A DNA stretch of 64,000 bases from a virus: positions 11,347 through 75,346 of IMG/VR virus record IMGVR_UViG_3300037317_000025. One strand, 5' to 3'. Position numbers and translations under genes: made by a program. Below, piece by piece: positions 8,496-15,656 of the stretch. How positions within the stretch are numbered: the stretch's first letter is position 1; each line of letters starts with the position of its first letter. The notes below the pieces were generated by a model. The model had not been told where the DNA came from. It made no database searches and saw nothing but the letters and a program-made list of their open reading frames with translations.

Positions 8496-9152
8496 CTAGC
8501 GTTGAGCGTCCTCCTCTAGACCAGGGCTGGATAGTGTGTCCTCGTCCTCGCTCAAGATTGGCGCAATCGCTTGCGCGTAGTCGAACGGCCTGATTTCTAG
8601 CGGTTGCCCGCCGGGGCCGCTGATCTCGTTTCGACTCGGCGCGTCCAGACCCAGCAACCGGGCGCGGCGCTCCATTGCCTTGATTGCCAGTTCCAGGTAG
8701 CGCACGTCGCCGTGCCCCCCGTGGGCAGTCTGCCGCATACGCTGCACGGCCATCTCGCCCGTGTCGCCGTCGCCTGTCAGGATGCGCTCGTAGTCGGTGC
8801 GCCCGTCCTTGCTCGCCTCCCATGCTCGCCACGCTTCGCCCGCCATCTGTTCAAGCTCCAGTAGTGTTGCGTCGTGCAGTTCGCCAATCGCCTCCTCGCG
8901 CTGCTTGCGCCACTCTTTCTTGAGTTCTGTCCAGTAATAATGGACAAGGTTGCGATTGATCGGCTCATCGTCGGGGGTGAGGATGTTGTCCCTGAGGAAT
9001 GCGTCCGTGAGCTGCGAGGCGATCTCTTCCTCGGTGTAGCGTTGCGCTTTGTAGCGCGCAACATCGCGGCGCAAACGTTCGCGCAGCGCTTTTGGAAATC
9101 GGGCTGCGAATTTTGGCACTCTGCCGGACATGTGAGCTTTCTTGCGTTCCAT
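8496..9152 (-). CDS. terminase small subunit-like protein
   Basis: N-terminal HTH, AWRAWEASK, MERRARLLGLDAP and EISGPGGQPL motifs typical of TerS. Confidence 0.65.
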   Translation of the reverse strand: MERKKAHMSGRVPKFAARFPKALRERLRRDVARYKAQRYTEEEIASQLTDAFLRDNILTPDDEPINRNLVHYYWTELKKEWRKQREEAIGELHDATLLELEQMAGEAWRAWEASKDGRTDYERILTGDGDTGEMAVQRMRQTAHGGHGDVRYLELAIKAMERRARLLGLDAPSRNEISGPGGQPLEIRPFDYAQAIAPILSEDEDTLSSPGLEEDAQR

Positions 9153-9245
9153 CGCTGCGATTACGCCAATATCTACGGGTATTATAGCATAATGAAAAAA
9201 AAGACTGCCCGAAAGCAGCCATTTGTCCTCAACTCAACTCACCTT

Positions 9246-9779
9246 ACCGCGCATTGACCATTGCAACGCCAGTGCAGCCCAGGACATCGGCGCTCATCAT
9301 CCTCTTGCACCCTGCTCAACCGCGCGTTGACCATTGCAACTTAGTCCTGGCGGCGGGTGGTACAGTTGTACCATTGCCCTTGCACCCTGCTCAACCGCGC
9401 ATTGACCATTGCAACGTCGGGCTGTGACCTCATAGCGTTGCGTGTACTTGTTCTTGCACCCTGCTCAACCGCGCATTGACCATTGCAACAACAATGAAGG
9501 CGCTGCTGCAGGAGCACGACGAGCTTGCACCCTGCTCAACCGCGCATTGACCGTTGCAACGTGATGAGTTCCAGTCCTGGCTGATCCTCATTATACTTGC
9601 ACCCTGCTCAACCGCGCATTGACCATTGCAACTGCTGCTGCTGATATACACAGGCTTGCCCAGGAAGCTCTTGCACCCTACTCAACCGCGTGTTGACCAT
9701 TGCAACATATGTTTGACGATTGCAACGATGCTCACAACTCTCCTTGCACCCTGCTCAACCGCGCATTGACCATTGCAAC
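9246..9779. CRISPR. CRISPR array: 7 full 37-bp repeats, one 5'-truncated repeat, 7 spacers (34-38 nt)
   Basis: repeat CTTGCACCCTGCTCAACCGCGCATTGACCATTGCAAC at 9304, 9379, 9453, 9524, 9596, 9670, 9743; last 22 nt only at 9246-9267; unique spacers of 36, 38, 37, 34, 35, 37, 36 nt. Confidence 0.97.
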
Positions 9780-11245
9780 TCGTCAAACATATGTAGTTGA
9801 TACAGAGTCGAGTGTTCAGATGTGTTCTGCACATCAGTCGGGGATGGCACCCCGCGCTCACTCGTTGAGGCGTGCGCCTCTTCGCAGTTCACAGGCGTAC
9901 TAGCAGACCGTTCCGCCTCCCTGCGCACGTCACTTGGGGCATTGCCCCGCGCAACCTGCCCGTTGCACACGGGTGTCTCTGGATAGTGTTTCGCGTTCGC
10001 TCGGTTGCCAATATTCCGAGCGGCGTTGATGTCTCTATCGTGTTCAGTTCCGCACTCACCGCACTTCCAGGCGCGGGTGCGAAGCTCAATCTTGCGCGGC
10101 GATTTCACCCCGCAGGCGCTACAGGCTTGCGTGGTGTTGGCTGCGTCCACTTCGTAGTATGCGCGACCTGCCGCTTCGGCCTTCTCTTTGATCTTCTGGC
10201 GCAACTTGCCAGGGGCGGCGCTTTGCATCGACTTGTTGAGCGAGCGCTTCAGCTTGCGCCCCCGGTGCTTGTAGCGCTTGCCATTCTTGCGCTTGGCTTT
10301 GGTCATGTGCGCAAAGTTGATGTCCTCGACGCCAATGGTGTCAGCCGTGTCCACAATGCGCTTTGCAATGTAGTGCTGCTGGTGATCGCGCTTGCGCGTG
10401 GTCTTCTGATGGAGCTTTGCAATACGCGCCCGCCGCCGCTTCGTGCGGTTGCTGTTCGGATCGGCCTTCTTGCCCGCGCCCCTGGTTTTGCGCTTCGGTG
10501 CGACCAGGCGCTCCAGGACACGCTTGCGTTTCTCTAGCTTACGGATGCTATCATCCTGGCTATAGGTGCGCCCATCCGACAGCGCGGCGACATCCTGCGT
10601 GTCGCCACGGTGCTTGCAGTTCAGGTCAACGCCTACCGTCTTGCCTGTCTCTGGCAACGGTTCCGGCTCTGGCACCTCGCAGCTAAACGAGATATACCAG
10701 TCGTTTTTCACGCGAGTGATATGCACCTGCTTGATAACCGCGTCGTCTGGTATGGCACGGTGCATGCGCACGCGCAAGTGTCCAAGTTTGCCCGCGCCCG
10801 CCAGTTGCCAGTAGGCATAGCGGCGGCTCTCTCCGACAATTCGCGTCCCTCGCTCGGAGCCGCGAAACGCCAGACCCAAATCAGCAGGCCGCTCCGCCCA
10901 GCGCGGATTGCCTGCCGGAAACCGCTTCGCCTTGATGTTGCGAAACATATTTTTATAGGCAGTATCAACGCGCCCACTGATGCCAAAGTTGCCGCCCATC
11001 GTGTCAGCAGGCACATCGCGCCAGTGGACTATGGTTGCCCGCATGCGCGTGATGAACTTCCCCTGCGTGCCAGATGTGACCGTCGGCACATACCGCGCCT
11101 GCTGTTGCTTCAGCCGGTACGCATCGCGACGCTGCTGGATAAGCACGCGCTGCACTTCCCAACACGCCTGCTGCCACGCCTCAAGCGTGCGCTGCTGGTC
11201 TGCGTTCGGATAGAGCCGGTATTTGTATGAGCGTGCTATAGTCAT
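9755..11245 (-). CDS. TnpB/Cas12f-like RNA-guided RuvC nuclease (496 aa), CRISPR-associated
   Basis: N-terminal SYKYRLYPN; RuvC-I GVDLN, RuvC-II IGVEDI, zinc finger CSAC...CGEC, RuvC-III HDRDINAARNI; stop codon inside the last repeat. Confidence 0.92.
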   Translation of the reverse strand: MTIARSYKYRLYPNADQQRTLEAWQQACWEVQRVLIQQRRDAYRLKQQQARYVPTVTSGTQGKFITRMRATIVHWRDVPADTMGGNFGISGRVDTAYKNMFRNIKAKRFPAGNPRWAERPADLGLAFRGSERGTRIVGESRRYAYWQLAGAGKLGHLRVRMHRAIPDDAVIKQVHITRVKNDWYISFSCEVPEPEPLPETGKTVGVDLNCKHRGDTQDVAALSDGRTYSQDDSIRKLEKRKRVLERLVAPKRKTRGAGKKADPNSNRTKRRRARIAKLHQKTTRKRDHQQHYIAKRIVDTADTIGVEDINFAHMTKAKRKNGKRYKHRGRKLKRSLNKSMQSAAPGKLRQKIKEKAEAAGRAYYEVDAANTTQACSACGVKSPRKIELRTRAWKCGECGTEHDRDINAARNIGNRANAKHYPETPVCNGQVARGNAPSDVRREAERSASTPVNCEEAHASTSERGVPSPTDVQNTSEHSTLYQLHMFDELQWSMRG

Positions 11246-11251
11246 ATAATG

Positions 11252-11290
11252 ATTATAGCACATTGCACACATAGTTGCAAGTGCTATAAT
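11252..11290. promoter_or_regulatory. overlapping divergent promoters forming an inverted repeat (effector leftward, HTH-terL rightward)
   Basis: ATTATAGCAC...GTGCTATAAT; minus strand TTGCAA-17-TATAAT, plus strand TTGCAC-16-TATAAT, both with TGn. Confidence 0.8.
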
Positions 11291-11326
11291 AGGGATAGCA
11301 CAAACAAGATACAAGGTGAGGTTGAC

Positions 11327-11554
11327 ATGGTAAGATGGGCACTCAAGGAGATCGCAGAGCCGGAGCGCTGGTCGGCGCGGCGGTTGGCAAAAGAGTCGGG
11401 GTTGTCGTATAGTGCAGTGTATTACATCTGGGCGAATAAAACGCGCCGGGTGGATTTCGATACGCTTGAGAAGCTCTGCCGAATACTCAAGGTCGGGCCG
11501 GGTGATTTGATTGTCTGCGACGAACCACAAAACACCACAACTCCGCATCCCTAG
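11327..11554 (+). CDS. XRE/Cro-C1-type HTH transcriptional regulator
   Basis: SARRLAKESGLSYSAVYYIWANKTRRVDFDTLEKLCRILKVGPGDL; SD GGTGAGG. Confidence 0.85.
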   Translation: MVRWALKEIAEPERWSARRLAKESGLSYSAVYYIWANKTRRVDFDTLEKLCRILKVGPGDLIVCDEPQNTTTPHP

Positions 11555-12767
11555 ACTGCGCCCGGATCAATCGGCCATCGCCCGCCACCCGGCGAAGCGA
11601 CAAATCGTGGCGATGGGGCGGCGCTGGGGCAAGACCGTGCTGGGCGGGGCGCTGGCGCTGGCGTGCGCGGCGAACGGCGCAAAGGTTGCATGGGTTGCGC
11701 CGACCTACAAGAACAGCAGGCCGTTGTGGCGATATTGCGAACAATCAGTCGCCCACCTGAAACGCACACCCTATGTCGAGGTCAACAAGTCCGAGCGAAC
11801 CGTCACCTTCCCGCAGACCAATGGCAGCATCGCTATCTACAGTGCAGACAATGCCGATTCGGCTCGCGGCGAGTCGTTCGATCTGGTCGTCATCGACGAA
11901 GCCAGCAGGATTAGCGAGGATGCCTACCAGGCCGTCTTTGAGCCAACCGTGGCCGACCGCGACGGGATAATCCTGCTCATCAGCACACCGCTTGGCCGCA
12001 ATTATTTTTGGAAACTCTGGCAACAAGGCCAACTCGCGGAGAACCACCACCGTATCAAATCCTGGCAGGCTCCGAGCAACGCTAACCCGATGCCAGGTAT
12101 TCAGCGGGCATTCCATCTGGCGAAGGAACACACGCCGGAACGCACGTTCTTGCAGGAATGGATGGCGCAATTTCTGGACGAGGCCGGGGTGTTTCGCTTT
12201 GTCTACGACCGCGCCATCGCCGCGCCGCTTGCCCAGGGCGAGGAGGGGCGCACGTATGTCTACGGCTGCGACTGGGCGGGCAACAGCGGACAGGGCGACT
12301 TCACCGCCTTTGCCGTGATGGACGCGGAACGCAAGACACTGGTGCATCTCGACAGGTTCCACGGCACGAGCTACGAACAGCAGATGAACCGCCTGCTGGG
12401 GCTGGCGCAGCGCTTCCCGCCGACGGCGATTGTGGCCGAGGTGAACTCGATGGGCGGGCCGGTGTTCGAGCAACTGGTCAACGCAGAACTGCCGATGGTG
12501 CCGTGGGTCGCCAGCAACGCCACCAAGAAGGTCGGTGTTGAGGCGCTGCAACTGGCACTGGAGCAGGGCACGATCACGCTGCTGAATGAGCCGACGCTTG
12601 TCCACGAGATGACCGCGTATGAAGCCAGCAGCACGGCGAGCGGACTGGTGCGCTATTCTGCGCCGGAGGGCGATCACGATGACTGCGTGATGGCGGTGAT
12701 GATGGCGTGGCTGGGCTGCCTGAACAGTGGGCCGATGCTGCTGAGTGAGGGCGCGGGGCGGTATTAG
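11511..12767 (+). CDS. terL: terminase large subunit
   Basis: Walker A GRRWGKT, Walker B VVIDEA, ISTP, nuclease YGCDWA...GDFTA and HDDCVMA. Confidence 0.93.
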   Translation: MSATNHKTPQLRIPRLRPDQSAIARHPAKRQIVAMGRRWGKTVLGGALALACAANGAKVAWVAPTYKNSRPLWRYCEQSVAHLKRTPYVEVNKSERTVTFPQTNGSIAIYSADNADSARGESFDLVVIDEASRISEDAYQAVFEPTVADRDGIILLISTPLGRNYFWKLWQQGQLAENHHRIKSWQAPSNANPMPGIQRAFHLAKEHTPERTFLQEWMAQFLDEAGVFRFVYDRAIAAPLAQGEEGRTYVYGCDWAGNSGQGDFTAFAVMDAERKTLVHLDRFHGTSYEQQMNRLLGLAQRFPPTAIVAEVNSMGGPVFEQLVNAELPMVPWVASNATKKVGVEALQLALEQGTITLLNEPTLVHEMTAYEASSTASGLVRYSAPEGDHDDCVMAVMMAWLGCLNSGPMLLSEGAGRY

Positions 12768-12860
12768 ATAGCTATAATTCGGAGTTATGGCTACCTATCC
12801 GTGGGCAGCATAAAGCCCCGGCACGAAGCCGGGGCCGTCCAGCCAGCGAGAGGCGCAGCG

Positions 12861-13175
12861 CTACAACACCTCCACCGCCTGCATCAACTCGCTGCGTATG
12901 CGCTCCTTCTGGAGCACCAGCGCGGCGACGATCAGCACGCAATCTGGAATTGGCTCGCCGTCGCTTTCCAGCAAGATCGGCTCATCACTGCCAGCCAGAA
13001 ACGGCATGCCATCCGAGTGAGACAGCAGCAGCGCGGAGGCGGGCACGCGGGCCGTCCACGGATTGTGCGGAATGCTATGGGCAACGCGCCATGTCAGGTG
13101 GATGGTGCCGCAATAGTCGCCGTCGCAGTGGATGTCTACGTTGTACAGCCCGGCGCGGGCGTGGTAGCTGTGCAT
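12861..13175 (-). CDS. hypothetical protein
   Basis: ATG with SD GGAGG immediately after the endolysin stop. Confidence 0.55.
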   Translation of the reverse strand: MHSYHARAGLYNVDIHCDGDYCGTIHLTWRVAHSIPHNPWTARVPASALLLSHSDGMPFLAGSDEPILLESDGEPIPDCVLIVAALVLQKERIRSELMQAVEVL

Positions 13176-13176
13176 A

Positions 13177-14082
13177 TCAGTCCCTCCCCGCCAAACTCTC
13201 ATGGACAAACCCCCACTGGTCGCGCTCGCCGCCAAGCCAGAGCCAGCGCCCCCTGCCGCCGGTGGCATCGGCAACCACGCCGCGCACCTGGAATGCCTCT
13301 CCCGGCTCCAGCCACCAGCGATGGATGCTATTCGGGTCGTCGCCCAGGTGGGCAGCAAAGGCCGACTGCGTGGTCGGCCCCGTGCGGATGACCGCCTTGT
13401 CCCACGGGAACGGCCCATTGCCGATATGGTCGATCACGCGGTAGGACTTCGTGCAATCCGGCTCCGGCGTGGTGCCTGCGAAGTGCCGCTGCCAATAGTC
13501 GCGGAAGATCGGCACGAAATACTCCGGCGTAATTTGTCGCCCTGGACACGTCTTTTCGTTCGTGTAGTCCCGGTGCATCGAGATACCACCACCCCACTTC
13601 GTGTACTCAAGCTCAAACGTGCCGAGGCGCTGCTTCAGCACACACACGGCGTGCGCCACGTTGCGGGCCACCGCGTCCGGCCAGGGCACCTTGTCGTAAT
13701 AGCCGATGACCTCAATGCCGATGGAATAACCCCACTTGCCACCCTGCTGATAACTGTTGCCGTGCCCTGCGTGGATGCCCTCGTAATACATCGGGGTCAT
13801 CACCCAGATGTAGGTTTCGTCGATGAACAGGTGCGGGCCGCGATCCCAATGGAGATGGTCGCGGTAGTAGCACATAATCCCATCGAGTCGGTCTTTGCGC
13901 TGCTCATAGGTGCCCTGCCAGTCGTTCAACGGGTTGCGGTCGATGGGCGCGTCGGCGGTGTCGGGCACCGCCGTGTGGTGCAAGACAACGAAATCAGGCG
14001 GCACCGGGCCGAAGTCGTAGTCGGTCACGTAATCGGCAAAGGCGCTGGACAGAAAGCCAGTGCCTTCGTACAAGAAAGGCAT
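13177..14082 (-). CDS. endolysin, N-acetylmuramoyl-L-alanine amidase (Amidase_2/PGRP-like)
   Basis: VVLHHTAVP, GPHLFID, SIGIEVIG, HRDY...KTCPG zinc-binding motifs. Confidence 0.88.
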   Translation of the reverse strand: MPFLYEGTGFLSSAFADYVTDYDFGPVPPDFVVLHHTAVPDTADAPIDRNPLNDWQGTYEQRKDRLDGIMCYYRDHLHWDRGPHLFIDETYIWVMTPMYYEGIHAGHGNSYQQGGKWGYSIGIEVIGYYDKVPWPDAVARNVAHAVCVLKQRLGTFELEYTKWGGGISMHRDYTNEKTCPGRQITPEYFVPIFRDYWQRHFAGTTPEPDCTKSYRVIDHIGNGPFPWDKAVIRTGPTTQSAFAAHLGDDPNSIHRWWLEPGEAFQVRGVVADATGGRGRWLWLGGERDQWGFVHESLAGRD

Positions 14083-14279
14083 TAGCGCACTCCATTTCTC
14101 GGATCAACAAAGGCTGTCGTGTGGTCTTGCTCTTCAGTACGCTCCACTTGCTCGTCGGTGAGCTTGCGCAACATAACCGTCAACGTCTCACGCACAGCAG
14201 ACACATTGCCTGCATCAAGCTCGCGGATACTACTGAGGACCAGACCGCGAAACTCCTGAATATCATTCGTTGTCAACAT
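14082..14279 (-). CDS. small hypothetical protein
   Basis: coupled ORF between the membrane protein and the endolysin. Confidence 0.45.
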   Translation of the reverse strand: MLTTNDIQEFRGLVLSSIRELDAGNVSAVRETLTVMLRKLTDEQVERTEEQDHTTAFVDPRNGVR

Positions 14280-14856
14280 TAGCACCCCCATCTCCAGGCA
14301 TACCGCCCGTATCCCACCAGTGGTCAACGTCACGTGCTGAAATACCACGATAGCGCGCCAGTTGTTCTTGCGCTTCGGCAAGGTCGCGCTCCAGCGTGGC
14401 ACGGTCGGTTGTGCGCTTCGGATCACGGCCCATCGCGTAGGCCAGCAACTCCGAGCCGATCTGCTCCTGCCGTTCGCGGATGCGAGCAAGCTCTTGCTCG
14501 ATGCGCTGGATGCCGCCATGCATCTCGGCGCGTAATGTCATATGGAAACCTTGCAATGTCGCGTCCCGGTGCGACATTTCTTCCAGATATTCCATCACTT
14601 TGCTCACGGTAGCCGATACCGACTGCACCGCGCCGCTCACCTGCTGCATCGCCAGCGAACTCTCGTGCAACGCGGCGACGACCTGATCGTCGTGCTGGCG
14701 CTCGTATTCTGCCTTTTTGCTGCGTTGCTCTTGTCGATACTCTCTAGTATCCTCCTGTTGCTTTCGCCACCAATCCCAGAACTTTGTCGCCAGGAAGGTG
14801 CCGAGCGCCAACAGGATATACCAGACGGCATCAGGCAAACTTGCCGGTGTGTCCAC
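14263..14856 (-). CDS. membrane protein, putative holin-like
   Basis: single N-terminal TM (AVWYILLALGTFLA) then coiled coil, upstream of the endolysin; TGnTATACT promoter at about 14908-14916. Confidence 0.45.
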   Translation of the reverse strand: MDTPASLPDAVWYILLALGTFLATKFWDWWRKQQEDTREYRQEQRSKKAEYERQHDDQVVAALHESSLAMQQVSGAVQSVSATVSKVMEYLEEMSHRDATLQGFHMTLRAEMHGGIQRIEQELARIRERQEQIGSELLAYAMGRDPKRTTDRATLERDLAEAQEQLARYRGISARDVDHWWDTGGMPGDGGANVDNE

Positions 14857-15047
14857 TTCGTATCCGTTCTCAACATGCGCAAACCGCTTCGGGTTGCGCC
14901 TGCTAAAAGTATAGCACGAACCACCAACGATTACCTGACGCCGTGTGCGCCATTTTAAGCCGCCTGTTTCTACCAACCCGATACATACCGCTACTCACAC
15001 CCCTATCGCCGCGCATTTGCCCGCACACGTGTCTTTTCGCGGATGAT

Positions 15048-15656
15048 CTACTCATCTGCGAACACCGCTTCGGGCGCAGGCGGGCGTGCCGAGCGAGCAT
15101 TTTCCATCGGCAGCGGCGGTGTCTTGCGGTCGATCTCGCGCAGCAGGTCGCGCCAATCAACGTAGATGCTGGTCGCGCCGTGCTCCGGGTGCGTGGCCTG
15201 CCAGGTCATCCCCTGGGCTGTAAGTGTCCACTGGAGGTCGGCAAGCGCACGGGCGAGCTTGTCGCGCTTTCGTTCTCGGCGGAGATGCGCGGCCAGCACC
15301 GCACTCACCTCACGATTCTCGCGGGCCTCGTCGCTATCGGGGTGAAAGAACTCCGTCAGCCAGACATGCACGCGGTCCGGGGCGGTGTGTTTTGCGGCCA
15401 GCCGTCGTGCCGCGCGCTCGACCTCGGCGCGGCGCTCGCCGGTCAGGATACGTGCCTTGTCGAGCAACTTGTCAATCTGCTGCTTCAGTGCATCGTCGCG
15501 GCGGTCTTTACTGCGCTGAGCCAGGGCGATAAAGTCCTGCTGGCTGGCGGCCTCCAGGTCGGCGGCTTCCGGTCGGCTGCCTACTTCGCGCTCCTGCCGC
15601 CACAGTTCGTGCAGGCGGGCGGTGTATCTTGGTCGCCAGTCGTTATGGGTGGTCAT
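15048..15656 (-). CDS. hypothetical protein
   Basis: ORF overlapping the MTase stop (ATGA coupling). Confidence 0.6.
   Translation of the reverse strand: MTTHNDWRPRYTARLHELWRQEREVGSRPEAADLEAASQQDFIALAQRSKDRRDDALKQQIDKLLDKARILTGERRAEVERAARRLAAKHTAPDRVHVWLTEFFHPDSDEARENREVSAVLAAHLRRERKRDKLARALADLQWTLTAQGMTWQATHPEHGATSIYVDWRDLLREIDRKTPPLPMENARSARPPAPEAVFADE

Noticed and set aside
9755-11245. Active IS200/IS605 insertion sequence
   Set aside because: No tnpA (Y1 or serine) gene and no recognisable IS end hairpins; the gene is flanked by a CRISPR array and a regulator instead.
11246-11548. 101-aa N-terminal extension of the nuclease in the ORF track (597 aa)
   Set aside because: It is the antisense of the HTH gene and spans the promoter; TnpB similarity starts at M-T-I-A-R-S-Y-K-Y-R-L (11245).
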